Assembly: GCA_964016885.1 (NCBI GenBank)
Contig: OZ024744.1
Coordinates: forward strand, 32,984,001-33,048,000
Direction of reading: 5' to 3'
Length of the DNA: 64,000 nt
Origin: Eledone cirrhosa
Lineage: Eukaryota
Under the pieces are notes generated by a model. That model made no database searches. It saw nothing but the letters and a program-made list of their open reading frames with translations, and was not told the DNA's origin. Below, piece by piece: positions 24,003 through 38,394 of the stretch. The position numbers and the translations under genes were made by a program. Every line of letters begins with the position of its first letter. The stretch's first letter is position 1.

Positions 24003-24111
24003 GCGGTTCATATTTTTTGGAACGATCGACTTTCGTCAAATCGGACCGAGGAAACAATGCTTCCATTGGTCTTTCCAATTACTAATACTATCTATCGGTC
24101 GCAACTCCAGG

Positions 24112-24238
24112 TAGAAGGAGCAACGTGAAATAAAGTGTCTTGCTCAATGACATAACGCATCGCACGCTTCTGGAATCAAACTCACATACTCATGATTGCG
24201 AATCCAGTACTCTAACCACTCAGCCACACGCCTTCACG
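24112..24238 (-). mobile_element. tRNA-derived SINE 5' part
   Basis: Box A-like TGGCTGAGTGG, box B-like GTTTGATTCC, then a CORE-like TTGAGCAAGACACTTTATTTCAC. Confidence 0.65.
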
Positions 24239-24255
24239 CAGTTCATATATATATA

Positions 24256-24556
24256 TCTATATATATAAAACTGAGGATGTCCGTCTGTGTGTGTGAGTTC
24301 GAATCCCTAAAACTCGAGAAGCACTCAACCGACTGTTTTCAAACTTTACACATGTAATACTTATGTTTCAGGGAGTGTTCTGACCAAAAATAATTTCAAA
24401 TTGTCTATGCCCCAGGGACCACATTAGGCGATTTAGCGATCTCGCTCTATAATTCTTAGTCTTTCTCTTTCTAGATAGATACATACATATAACGACGCAC
24501 CCTTATAATAGCTGTCTGTATGTCTGACTGTGTACATTGCGTCACTTCCTTGAGGA

Positions 24557-24646
<90 letters not shown>

Positions 24647-25212
24647 TTTGAATCCCTAAAACTCGAGAAGTACCCAACCGATTTTTTTCAAACTTTACAT
24701 GTGTATTACTTATGCTTCAGGGAGTGTTATGCACATAACAAAATTCAACTTCTTTTTTTCCTCCTAAGGCCCGCATTAGATGAAAAACTGCGTTGTTTAA
24801 CAATTTTAGGTTTTTTTTAGGCGTTACGTCAGACTGATTTCCTTGAAATTGTAACTATGTATTAGTTAGTCTCTTCTTCATACCGTAAGCAAAGAAAATT
24901 CAACTTTCTTATGGCCTAGGGCTCCCATTAGGTGAAAAACTTCATTTTTTCAGCTTCTTAGGGCTTTTTGGAGGCGTTACGTCTACCCTATTTTCCTGAA
25001 ATTTCAAGGCATATTATGCACATAAAAAAGTTCATTTTCTTGCTCCCCTAGGGCCTGCATTAGGTGAAAACCTGCATTTTTCCTGCTTCATCGAGGAAAA
25101 TCTTAAAGATTATCCTGCCATCACATATTGTCCAGGAATGCAGTTTTTATGTCTATTGGCGGCCCGCGTTCCAAAATACCTTATCCCGTGCAACGCCGGG
25201 TACCACTGCTAG
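24256..25212 (+). mobile_element. Non-autonomous Helitron-like element
   Basis: A|TC 5' end, subterminal hairpin CCCGTGCAACGCCGGG, CTAG|T 3' end; internal duplication, (TG)n and short tandem repeats. Confidence 0.75.
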
Positions 25213-25570
25213 TATATAATAAAATGTTGTAGCTTGCTTGAAGGGATTAAATTTCGATTTTGATTTAATTTTTTTCTAAGTCGTTTAAATATATATTGAA
25301 GAATTGCAGCTTTTTGTAAACTTTATTACATATTGCAAATTGTTTCCATATCGCTATTGATGAACTCAAGGTTCGATCAATATCGATCTGGCCCAACTCT
25401 GGAATCAAAAGCTCGTCGGAACTCTGCTGTTGTAATGACAGAATGATTCCAGAGTCGGGCCAGATCGATACTGAACAACCTTGAGATGATCAATAGCGAA
25501 ACGCGCGTCCCCAATCAATAAACGTAATAAGGGCTTAACATATCGTCATTGTATTATTATATATATATTA

Positions 25571-25690
25571 TGTTCTGAGTTCAAATCCCGCCGAGGTTAA
25601 CTTTGCCTTTCATCATTAGGGGGTCGATAAAATAAAGTACCAGTAATGTACTGGGATAATTGCTGGCCTTGTGCCAAAAGTAGAAACAAT
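25571..25690 (+). mobile_element. SINE fragment, family S (copies also at ~29440-29646 +, 33924-34091 +, 40486-40670 -, 45968-46012 -, 50856-51042 -)
   Basis: GAGTTCAAATCC box B, conserved GCCTTTCATCC..GGGGTCGATAAAATAAAGTACCAG, 3' end GTGCCAAAAGTAGAAAC. Confidence 0.8.
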
Positions 25691-25942
25691 TATTATATAT
25701 TTATATATATAATAATTGTTTCTACGTTATGCATATAAATCTATTGGCCGATGATAAAAAATAAGCCCTCCACAAAAAAAAATAAAAATAAAAATAAAAC
25801 GTTTATTTAATTTTAAAAGAAAATCTAAAAAAATAGTGTTTTTGTCTCCTCTCATTTTCATATAAAAACCGACATTATCATTAAAAAAAAAGAGTCTATT
25901 AAAAAAGTGAATACATATACGTATATATATATAGATAGATAT

Positions 25943-27239
25943 GTTTCTTTTATTTGCCACTAGGGCATCAAAAGTGGGACAAGTACAAAGGGGGGAGTTT
26001 ACACAAAAAGGCGTCCTCAATAAGGAGGAGGCAATAACAAAATATAAAAATAAAATAAGATATAACAAAAAATAAAATTTATAACAAAATCCTCAATAGA
26101 GAGGAGGCGCCTTGGGGGGTCGCACACACCCCCGAAAAAAGTGTGCAACCCTTCTCCTCAAGAGCACAGAGAAGGGGTGCTCCCTTGGTCTTTCATCTTC
26201 CTCACCTATAGTCTGATGTAGAGTGAAGGCCCATTCACACGGGCCATTCTCGCCACTTTCACCCATCTTTCATAGAAACGGCTGGGGTGCAGCACCTCTC
26301 TCTCCATCCTGATCCTTCTTCCGAAATGATATCGGAAGAAACGGACCAGTTGTTGGCCAGAGAGAAAGGTGCCTGACCTCAGTCCTTTCAGACGCGTCCA
26401 CCATACAACCTCTTTCGCCATGGCTATTACGCACAGAAACACCGCCTCTGCTTCATCTTTGAAGGGGGGAGGCGGCTTGATCATTACAATGGACTCGGTG
26501 GTCAACCGGATCGGTCCCACCCTTGACAGCAGTTGTTCGACATAGCCCCACAGATCGGCTACGCCCGAGCAGTGTACCAATGCGTGTGCAACGGTTTCCT
26601 CGTCGCACACGCATCTGGGACAGATCTTTTTGGCGGGGTCCCTACCCGGGCGCCCGTGTCTGTAGAGCCTTTCTCGAACGGGTAAAGCTCCTCGGTAGCA
26701 CTGCCAGGCCAGGGACTTCTGGAAGTTGTCCATAGGTCCCGGGCTGAATGTCCTACCGAACAGGCCGGCCAGTTCGTCCTCCTCCATGTCTAGGGCTTCT
26801 CCGAGGGCGTCGTCGCACCTGCTGCGTACCAGCCCTCTATAGAATGTTGCGGTGGAGTCTCCACTGATAACCGGATCCGCCTGCCAGAGGGCGGTGAGCG
26901 CCTGGGCACACTCACTGTGCCAGGCGCCCAGTTTTCTCGGTCTTTGCTTGACCCAGGATTGCAGCTCGGTGAGTGAGACGAGTCTGGGAAAGGTTCGTCT
27001 CACAAACGAGGCCCACACCGGTTGTCCGGTGAGGAATACGTAGAGGTGCCGTAGCCTTAATGCGTGTTTACGCATCATTAGCCACGGCATCCCCAGCCCT
27101 CCTTTCGAAGGGTGTTGACAGCAGATGGATCTCCTCACCATAGGAGCCCGCCTCTTCCAAAGGAATTGGAAGAGCGCGCGCTCCATCTTGGTGAGGGTTT
27201 CCCTTGGGCAGGGCACTACGGTCAGGCGGTAGTAGATGA
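25943..27239 (-). mobile_element. 5'-truncated Tx1/L1-type element (subfamily 3)
   Basis: 336-aa ORF homologous to the ORF2 C-terminus (GGLGMPWL, CPRCVCDEETVAHALVHC). 3' end AATAAAAGAAAC followed by ATATCTATCTATAT. Confidence 0.9.
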
Positions 27240-27888
<649 letters not shown>

Positions 27889-28370
27889 AACCGTTGTATC
27901 AAAAGAACAGTTTTAAACAGATTTAACATCTTTGATACCCCCCCCCCCCATACCTCTTTGTAGTTTCTAGTCCACCTATATTCATACATATCTATGTGTC
28001 AGTAGCCATGTCACCTGTCACACATTTTACATCTCAGAGACTTGCATTGCAGATTTACTTGGTGATAATAGCAAATCACTGACGGTAGGGGGTCGGGCAG
28101 TCGGTATGTAGGTTGGGATGGAGGAGGAGGAGGTTGAAATATGTTTGTTTGTTTGTGTTGTTGTATCTATGTATGTATGTACGTATATATGTATGCATGT
28201 ATGTATATATCTATGAATATATATGTGTGTGTATGTGTGTCTGTATATGAATGCATGCGTGTGACTTTATGTTCGTTTATGTATTTATGTGTATGTACCT
28301 ATCTATGCATATGTGTGCATGTTCATATATCTGTTTTTTATAAGACTGTATATATATTTTGTAAATATGC

Positions 28371-28421
<51 letters not shown>

Positions 28422-28569
28422 GTTCGGATCTAGCTGTTGAAACTGCCGGAGCTCAGCCGCCTGGGACTCGAAATTGTTCATACTAACCACTCTACTACCC
28501 CAAGTATCGAATACTCTCGTGAGTAATGGCCTAACGGGATTTTACTGCTTATATCTATCTATCTATCTA

Positions 28570-28688
<119 letters not shown>

Positions 28689-29954
28689 TAAAAAAGTTTA
28701 TGTTCTTAAAAGTGAAAGGGCGATCACTGAATAACGGATTCAATACACGTATCAAAACTAATATGATATGTGTGAGTGTGCCTACTTAAGTATATAGATC
28801 TGTGTGTATACGTATATTTGTTTATATATGTATGTATATATGTATGTACATGTGTATATATATACATATATATACACAAGTACATACATATATATATATA
28901 TATACATATATATAATATATACACGCACACACTAACATATATGCACATATACCCAATATAAAGAGTCGGCACCCACTAACATCACACATTTCTATGTAAA
29001 TGATAGCACCCCTCACTCCTCTGTGACTTCCCCCACCCCCCTAGACACAGATGTCACCCACATTCAACTGAGAGCCCTCACACTACACCTACCACACTTT
29101 CTTCCATTGAACAGAGATCTCAAAACCATCCTTCAATGGTGACAGCAGAACCCTGTCTCCACCAACACAAAGACAGAATCACTAGACATATCTGTAAAAG
29201 TGACCTGCTTCAAACCCCAGCACTTAAAAAATGAATAAATAAATAAAAACTTAAATAGATAAATAAATGACAAAACAAATTCAGTGTAGTCATAGTTGTG
29301 TGGTTATTAAGTTCGTTCCTTAGTTATGTGGTATGAGGGTTCGATCTCTTACTAGGGACCATTGCCTTCAGACAAACAAAGCGTCCCGGAAATTTGATAG
29401 ACGAAACTTCTTCACTCCTATTAGACAGACCATTATTAGATTGGCAGAATCGGTAGATCACCGGACAAAATGTTTTGCAGTATTTAATTATAGCCCTTTA
29501 CGTTCTGAGTTGAAATCCTGCCGATGTTCCCTTTGCCATCCACCCTTACGGGGTCGATAAAATAAAGTACCAGTAACGCACTGGAGTCAATTTACTCGAC
29601 TTTCCAATTCCCTTTCAATTGCTGGCCTTGTGCGAAATGTGGAAGCAATTATTTTCGAGGATAGAAAATGTTTTAATTAATTGCCCAGTTTAGCAACCCA
29701 CACACCATGAGTGCATTTAGTTAAATTTAGATGAATTGGTTCAGCTATGGTTTTATTATGTCACCTATATTTTACAAACAGAAATGAAACAATGACGGAA
29801 ATATTTTAAAAATTGGAAACAAAATTAAGTAATGAAAAAAACAAAGGTGAAAGTGTAATGAAGGGCAAATCTGGTTGTATAGGAACTTAGAGAAAAGGAC
29901 TATAAGTACCATAAATGTGAAGAAAGGGAGGGAAAAGGCAAGGACTATTCGGCA

Positions 29955-29989
<35 letters not shown>

Positions 29990-29991
<2 letters not shown>

Positions 29992-30920
29992 GGAAAAATT
30001 TGAACAGGGACAAACAGAGAGGCAGTACAACGAATGTTTATTAATTTCACGCTCTGGAGAGTGGGGTGTTGGTGGGGGACGACGTTTCGGGCATAAGCCC
30101 TTCCTCAGGTGAGAAGTGTGTGGGAACAGAGTTCAAAGGGTGTGTAGGGGAGTGGTGGAGAGACATATAGCGAAAGGAAACGGTGCGAATGAAAAAATGA
30201 AAAAAATAAAAATAATAAAATAAAAAAATAAAGATAAAAATAAAAATAAAGCATGGTCAAAATACAAGGAATGAAATATATTTAAATATAAAAGCATGAT
30301 CAAAATAAACTGAAATTAAAAGGGGGGTAAAACAGGTGGTGGAAGGGTGTGGGGTGTGTAGGGGTGGTGGCGGGTGGAGTGGTGAGAGGAAGGCGGGGTG
30401 TCCGAGCGGGGAGGGCTGAAGGTGGTGTGTGTGTGTAGGTGTACGTGTGTGTGTGTGTATGTGAAAGTAAGGGTTGGGGGAAGAACGGGGTTGCATGTTC
30501 AGGAAGAGGTCTGTGTGTGGGGACGGGGGGGGTCGGAGTGTCTGTGCGTGTGTGGATAGAGGGGGGGGTAGAGGAATCAGGAGGCTGAGGGTGTAAATAT
30601 GTGGTGGAAAGCACGTGTGTGTGGGGTTTAAGCGTGTTGTGGGTGTAGGTGGCGTGTGGAGAAAAAAAAATTGTTGGGTGTGTGTGTGGGTGAGTTATAT
30701 AGGTGATTACGTAAGAGGATGGTTGAAAAGTAGGTAAATTCCAAAGGTGTTTAGCGGATTCTGTGTTGGTCAATTTCTGCGTGCGGGTATTCCATGAAGC
30801 GATGGTTGGAAGAGGAGAGATGTGGAGTGCGCGCGCAACAGGAAGTGGTCAAGCAGTGGGAGTGCTGTGTGTCTGTTTGTGCTGGGAGGTGGTCAGAGGG
30901 CATAGCAGCAGTCGGTGGAA
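29990..30920 (-). mobile_element. PLE 3' region/pseudo-LTR, same family as 145-686, hammerhead at 30079-30110
   Basis: Reverse complement contains CTGAGGAAGGGCTTATGCCCGAAACGTC and the same flanks; bounded by (AT)n. Confidence 0.7.
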
Positions 30921-31114
30921 TATATATATATATATATATATATGTGGGGGGGGGGGGTGTATAAGCGATGTTTCGACTGCAACCCGCGGTCGAAGCTGCA
31001 AAAGCATTTCTGCGGCCAATGGCTAGCGATACGTGCAGCAACAACCACCCCAATTGCAGAGCTTCTTCCTCAGACGGGCTGCTAACGTTCCGTTTTTACG
31101 GAGGAGGTCCTTAA

Positions 31115-31410
31115 CGGTCATGCATCTTGGGTAATGACCGAAAGAATACGATCGCGAATAAATGCGACCAAAATGGAGTTCCTCCGAAGGGTGTTTGGAG
31201 TAACGTTACACGATAAAGTGTATAGCTCGGCGATGAGAGAGTTACTCCTTCTCCGAATTGAGAGATCACATCTCCGATACTATGGACATGAGATTAGAAT
31301 GTCCCAGGAAAGAATCGCCCGACAGATTTTACGGGCAAAACGAACCGGTAGGAGACCCAGGAGTAGGCCATGAGAAAGGTGGTTGTATGACATCCATGAG
31401 CTTGGCTGAG
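31115..31410 (+). pseudogene. RTE-clade LINE 3' fragment
   Basis: MTERIRSRINATKMEFLRRVFGVTL...LRYYGHEIRM...GRRPRSRP. Confidence 0.8.
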
Positions 31411-31675
31411 ACGGTTACTTCAGACAAGCCCGGGCTGTTACACTTGCATACCAGACGCCGCTCTCCACACCACTGATGTCATCCAAAGGAAAGGCAAAGG
31501 TCAATACACAACACACACACACAGCAACACATGCACATACACACAGGCACACACACATACCGACACACACATACACACACATACATGTATATATATATAT
31601 AAATTTATATGACTACATATATACGCTAAGCTAAACGTAAACATTGATACACACATACACCCCCCCCCCCTCCCC

Positions 31676-31743
<68 letters not shown>

Positions 31744-31888
31744 CTCGTAGTTTCCGTCTACAAAATTTAAGCATTGGTCCACTCGGGTCTGTTGTAGGGT
31801 ACATTTGCCCATACAATGAGGCTGAAACAACTTGGTTGTGAAGATAACTCCGCCTCATCCTCCGCCTCATCCTCCTCCTCTCCCCCCC

Positions 31889-32170
31889 TTCTTCTTCTTC
31901 TTCTTCTTCTTCTTCTTCTTCTTCTTCTTCTTCTTCTTCTTCGCCCACTTATTCCTGAGAGGAGGGTCGAAGGTTTTGTCCAGTTAGGAGCAACAGTCTC
32001 CAACTGATTCGACTGGACATCTCTGATGTACTCCGAACTACACACTTTATTAAGTAACGTTACTCCAAAGAACCTTCGGAGGAATCCCATTTCGGCCGCT
32101 TATATTCGTCATCGTATTCTTTCGGTATTACCTAAGATTCATGACCATAGGTAGGGTTGGCAAGAATACC
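31889..32170 (-). pseudogene. RTE-clade LINE fragment with (GAA)n tail
   Basis: YGHES...AAEMGFLRRFFGVTLL; (TTC)n on + at the 3' end. Confidence 0.75.
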
Positions 32171-32754
32171 GAATTTACACATTCCTCTTTTTTTTCTGAT
32201 TACCCAAGAAGCGAATGGAATATAAAAGAGAAAATTATGATGTAAGGCTTTGAAATAAATATAAACACTTTATTCATGGAAGACACCGCCTTTGATTTTC
32301 AAATCATTTTGAAAATAATCAAGAATTTAGAGGGATTTAGCAGTATAACTAACTTTCTCATAACTTAATAAATGTTCTTACATGAAATTATGATGGAAAG
32401 TTTTTGATAAATATAAACCCTTAAAAAATAAAACAAAAACAATTTTGTATCATAAAACCCGGGGCAATTCCAGGCGGTCTCATATCAAAAGGTTTAAACA
32501 TTCGGTAAGTTACCACGTTGGTGATTATATTACCATCATAATGAGGACATTAAATTTGTTAGTTCCAATCAGTGTTATTTTCTTGATTAACTTTGGTTGG
32601 TGTGGTTGACATATGCCAGACAGATGTCATTCACACAAATACTAGGCAGTTTAATTGTGGCTGCTTAATCTGTTAGAAATAGCAGTTGCATCTCATTCAA
32701 CTTCTCAAACTATACACTACAGCAGGCATAATAAGCATACGGCCGTTTACAAGC

Positions 32755-33906
32755 AGACATGCGTTTACAAGCATACCATACGAGGGCGGGGCATGCCGTG
32801 GCTAATGATGCGCAGACACGCGCTGAGGCTGAGACATCTCCAGATATTCTGCGTAAACGGTGAACAGGTGTGGTTGCCGTTTATCAGACGGGCCCTTCCG
32901 CAGCTCGTTTCTTTGACTGAGCGGCAGTCCTGGGTCAAGAAGAGACCAAGACTGGGTGACAGGCACCTGGAATGTTGCCAGGCACTCACTGCCCTCTACT
33001 AAGCGGGCAATGCGGTCAGTGGAACTTCCACTCTCGAGTTCTATAGAGGATTAGTGGTGGGCAAGTGCGATGACGCACTCGGAGAAGTTTGGGCCTCGAC
33101 TGATAAGTCTGTTCCGGAGGATTTTTGAGCCGGGGACGATGGACAACCCAGAAATCTCTCGCTTGGCAGTGCTACTGGCGGGGACTGCCGGTTCGGGATA
33201 AACTCTACAGGCACGGAAGTGCTGTCAGGTGGACCTGCTCGAGATGCGCACAGAGCGACGAGACCGTTCTTCACGCACTTGTCCAATGTCCATGCATTAC
33301 TGACTTGTGGTGTTATGTCGAACAGTTAATGTCGCGTGTGGAACGGATCCGGCTATCGGCCGAGTCCATAGTGAAGATCGACCCGCCGCCTAATTTGGCC
33401 AGGAAGAGTAGGAAATTTTCCTATGTCTGGTGGCAGTAACGAAAGAGCTTATATGGTGAACCAGGTTGAAAGCACTGAAGACAGGCACTTTTCTCTTCGG
33501 CCAATCCCTCATAAACTTCTTCAAGTTTCACCTGGAAAGGAAGGTGAGGGTGGAGAGAGAAGTGCTGCCCCCCCAGTACATTTGCTAAAAGGTGGATGAA
33601 TGTGACGAGAATGACCATGCGCCTATAGGCTAGCTAATTTGAGGAGAGGGGAGCTCTATCTGGGTGCCCTAGAAGCGCAGGGTGGTTCAGGATTGGTGGG
33701 GTACCCGAGTCACCCCTGGGTCGTCCACCCCCTATAGGGGAATTTATTTTGTTATATTTATGCATAGTTTATTTTATAATTTTATATCTTTATTGTTAAA
33801 TTGGTTTGCCATTGTGCACTTTTACTCGAACTTATTGTAAACCCCCACTGTCCCTGTCTTGGTGTTGTCCCTTACATGTTTGCCCTTGTGGCCAATAAAT
33901 GAAATC
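32755..33906 (+). mobile_element. 5'-truncated degenerate Tx1 (subfamily 2)
   Basis: GMPWLMMRRHALRL, QKSLAWQCY; 3' end AATAAATGAAATC-ATTACTATT. Confidence 0.88.
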
Positions 33907-34102
33907 ATTACTATTATCATCATTTGGTAGAGGGCCGGACGCCGTGCTTTGCAGCAAAGAATTACTGCCCTCTATGATCTGAGTTCAAATCCCGCCGAGA
34001 TTAACTTTGCCTTTCATCCTTACGGGGTCGATAAAATAAAGTACCAGTAATACACTGGGATAATTGCTGGCCTTGTGCCAAAAGTAGAAACACTTATTAC
34101 TA

Positions 34103-34156
<54 letters not shown>

Positions 34157-34157
<1 letters not shown>

Positions 34158-36187
34158 AGTTGCATTTATCTTGCTTTATGTTCATACGAGTTATCACCAA
34201 GTCACAACCAGTGACCTCAAGAGACAACAAGGTCCGCCATGTTCAAGAAAGAACATACATACACACACATGCATCTTTAGGTGTTTAGACTTGTGATGTA
34301 CTTATATTGACAGAATCTTCCTTAGTATATGGGCAGTTCCCATTAATACTATCTTTTGTATTTCTCCTATACGCGGGTTTCCTGGGATTTGCGATATGTA
34401 ATCATTAGACCCCTTAGGTATCATTCCCAGAGCGCCTACAACCACTGGTATTGTTTTAGTTCTCAATTTCCACATTTTTCCAATTTCTATCTCCAGGTCC
34501 TTATACTTGCTCAATTATTTTTCAAATGTTTTTATAGATACATTCTTGTCTATTGGAACAGACATATCAATTAGCAGGCATACCTTCTTTTGAAAGTCTT
34601 TCAATATTATATCAGGTCTGTTTGCATCTATTTTTCGGTCTGTTTGGATGCTAAAGTTCCACAAGATTGAGATGTGATCTTTTTCAAGTATGGGAGGTGG
34701 TTGATGCTCCCACCAATTCTTTTGATGGGGCAGGTCAAAATGCTTACACATTATCCAATGTATGTATTGTGCAGCTCTGTCATGCCTGTTTAGGTATTCG
34801 GTTGGAGCTATAGGCCTGCACATTGAAATTATATGGTCAATGGTCTCTGGTTGTTTTTTGCATACACGGCATAATGGGCTGCACCCATTTTTTATTATGT
34901 TGGCTTGGTAATTTTTTGTTGGCAGACACTGATCTTGTGCCGATATAATCAGTCCTTCAGTCTCCGATTTCAGTCCAGAGGATGCCAACCACTGATGGGT
35001 TAAAGTTTTGTCAACATCAGGATTGTTAGCTCGCTCTGGGTATTTTCCATACAGAGGCTTTTCTTGCCATTTCTTAGCCAGTATCTGTAGCAGTTCTTTC
35101 TTTGCAGTTACTTTTACCTGCTTTGCTTTTTCTGTGTTTTCCATTTCAGCAGTAAATAGGACTTCTGAAATTTGTAGTCCATTACTGTATCTTTGTGCAT
35201 CTTTTGTAATGGAATATGATCTTTTGATGCTTTCGTGTTTCAAAACGAGTTTGATCATCCAATCATGTGATTCCCTTAGATATGTAGATAATCCAATTGT
35301 TGCAGTTTTCAACGCAATGTCTAACTGGATTAACCCACCTCCTCCTTCTTTCCTAGGGAGATATATTCTATCTATATCTGCCTTAGGGTGATGCATTCTG
35401 TGCATAGTTAAGAATTTTCGAATTTTTGTATCGAGCCTACGGATCTCTGTGCTTGACCAGTTGATGACATTGTAACTGTAGGTTACTACTGGTATGGCAA
35501 GCGTGTTTATGGCATCGATCCTATTCCTTGCATTCAATTCCGTTCTTAAGATTGCTCTTACTCTGCGGTAACATTCCTTCCTTATCCTTTCCCTCATTGT
35601 CGAGTGCTTGATTCACAAACACCTAGATATTTGTAAGATTTTTCTTGATCAAGTTCTCTTATCACGTTCCCCCGATCAAGATTAATGTCTGAACTCTTCA
35701 GCAGCTTTCCTCTGGTGAACGTTGCTTTGGCGCATTTATCTAGTCCAAACTCCATTTTAATGTCATCACTGAACTGCTCCACAGTGGATAATAGCCCTTG
35801 CAATTGTTCATCATTTTTTGCAAATAGTTTCAGGTCATCCATGTAGAACAGGTGATTAATGGTTTTGTCATAGACTTTATATCCATGTTTTGTTTCATTG
35901 AGCATTTTACTTAATGGTATAAGTGCGATGCAGAATAAAAGCGGTGATAAAGAGTCACCCTGAAAAATTCCACAATTAATATTAACTTCTCCAGCTTCCA
36001 GTGATTTTGTTTCACTATTCAAAAGGAGTGTCGTTTTCCATGTCTTCATACTGAATGACAAAAACCTCCTGACAACGGTGGATACTTTGAAAATCTCTAA
36101 ACATTTTTCAATCCAACTGTGTGGCAAACTATCAAATGCTTTTTTATAATCTATCCAAGCAATCGATAGATTTTTGTGTCTATTATG

Positions 36188-36188
<1 letters not shown>
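34157..36188 (-). mobile_element. R4/Dong family A, 5'-truncated
   Basis: WIDYKKAFDS, GIFQGDSLSPL, YMDD, CRVCKKQPETIDHIISMC, NRPDII; (TAA)n on both sides. Confidence 0.92.
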
Positions 36189-36249
<61 letters not shown>

Positions 36250-36266
36250 GACTATTATTATTATTA

Positions 36267-36576
36267 CAGTTGCATTTATCTTGCTTTATGTTCATACGAG
36301 TTATCACCAAGTCACAACCAGTGACCTCAAGAGACAAGGTCCGCCATGTTCAAGAAAGAACATGCATACTCACACATGCATCTTTAGGTGTTTAGACTTG
36401 TGATGTACTTATATTGACAGAATCTTCCTTAGTATATGGGCAGTTCCCATTAGTACTATCATTTGTATTTCTCCTATACGCGGGTTTCCTGGGATTTGCG
36501 AGAAGTAATCATTAGACCCCTTAGGTATCATTCCCAGAGCGCCTACAACCACTGGTATTGTTTTAGTTCTCAATTT
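36267..36576 (-). mobile_element. R4/Dong family A 3' fragment
   Basis: Same 3' UTR and IPVVVGALG...ILRKILSI. Confidence 0.9.
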
Positions 36577-38362
36577 GGACATGGACAAACCGCATTGGGT
36601 CATCCAGATCGTATCTCGATAGAGTATTATGCAGAGAACAAGATAAGGCTAGTATAAGTTGTCCACAATTTAAAATAGTCGACTACACAGACCACACATT
36701 TGTGATCTGTGAGATCGACATAGACAAATTTCATAGACAAGGATCCGTTTACTGGAAGCTAACGCGTCTTTCCCGGAGCGCAAAGCCTACAGAGACCGGA
36801 TTAGCGTATTAGTTAAGCGAGCGTTGACGGGAGTGGTCGTCAACAACAGGTGGTGGTTCGCCCTGAAAAGGGCAATTAAAGTAGAGTCGATTAGGGTTAG
36901 CAAAGGAGTAGTGATTGTGGAAAATAGAATAGAGGGAGAGCTAGTCAGAAAGCTAAAAGAGGCGTTTAGGACAGGCATCGCAACCGACGTGATTGCGGCG
37001 AGATTGGCACTCGACCAATTCTTCAACGCAAAACACGAAGGCTGCGTTGTCAGAGCTAGAGCGCGTGCCCTGAAACACGAGGGGACAAAAGCCGTCCAAT
37101 GGGCCCGGGTGGCAGAGGCGCGACGTGGCAACAAAGCCACAATTCGGTCTTTATCTGAGCAAAACGGGCGCGTATTGCTCGAACCCGAGCAGATGTGTGA
37201 GGTTTTTCAGCTGCACTTTGCTGAACTGTTCGGAAGCAGCGGCGGGCCGGATCGAGGTATGGACTTCAGTGCATACCTCGACGGACTGCCTCGGCTCTCG
37301 ACGACCGCAGCACAGTGTTGCGAAAAGCCAATAACAGCCGGTGAAATACGGGAAGCGATGGCTAACTGCACGAGGGGTAAATCGCCAGGTTTGGATGGTC
37401 TGCCCTACGAGATTTATGCAATTTTGCCAGACTTGTTCGGTGACCTCTTGGCAGACGTCTCCTGCAACTGGCAGCAGAACGGGAGCATTCCCAGTTTTGT
37501 GAGCCGGGGAGCGGTGGCGCTGCTGAAAACCCGAAAAAAGGGGATGTTATCGATAACTTCAGGCCCATAACCCTGCTAAACGCAGAGTTCAAGATTTGGG
37601 CCAACGTGTTAGCAACGAGGTTGCCGCTTGTCGTTAGTGGTCTGGTGGGAGAGGTGCAGACATGCGCCATTCCCGACAGATGCATCCACGACAACCTCCA
37701 CCTCATGCGATATATCGTAGAGAGGGTAGCTAGGGAACCTGGCACGGGTGGGTCCTTGATCAATTTAGATCAGTCGAAAGCTTTCGATAGGGTCGACCAT
37801 CGTTACCTAGCGGCAGTCCTGAGGGCGGCTGGCTTTGGGCTCGTCTTCAGAGGCTGGATTGCTGCCATGCACAGCGACATCTGCTCTGTGGTGAGAGTGA
37901 ACGGTTACCTTTCGGAACCGTTCAACATCATGCGCTCGGTCCGCCAAGGATGTCCCCGCTCGTCGTCGGGGGTCTGGTGGGAGAGGCGCAGACATGCGCC
38001 ATTCCGAACAGATCCATAAACGACAACCTCCACCTCATGCGATACATCGTAGAGAGGGTGGTTAAGGAACCTGGCAGGGGTGGGGTTCTAATCAACTTGG
38101 ATCAATCAAAAGCTTTCGATAGGGTCGACCATCGGTACCTGGCGGCGGTCCTCGTGGCAGCCGGTTTCGGGCCCGTTTTCAGGGGTAGGATCGCTGCGAT
38201 GTACAGCGATCTCTGCTCAGTTGTGAGGGTGTACGGTCACCTGTCGCAGCGGTTCAGCATCATGCGCTAGATCCGCCAGGGATATCCCCTCTCGTCCCTC
38301 TTGTATGTATTGGCTCTCGAGCCGTTACTGCACAAACTGGGTGTGATGAGGAGCGTCCCACG
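36577..38362 (+). pseudogene. Internal Tx1 ORF2 fragment, mosaic, with tandem RT-segment duplication
   Basis: WTNRIG..SYLDRV through QG.PL; segment EAQTCAIP...FSIMR is present twice (~37640-37960 and ~37965-38300). Confidence 0.88.
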
Positions 38363-38394
38363 GAAGGCCCATTTGTGGTATATGCATAAATGTA

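Noticed and set aside
24280-24320. tRNA gene at GTTCGAATCC
   Set aside because: No cloverleaf or box A; lies inside the Helitron-like element.
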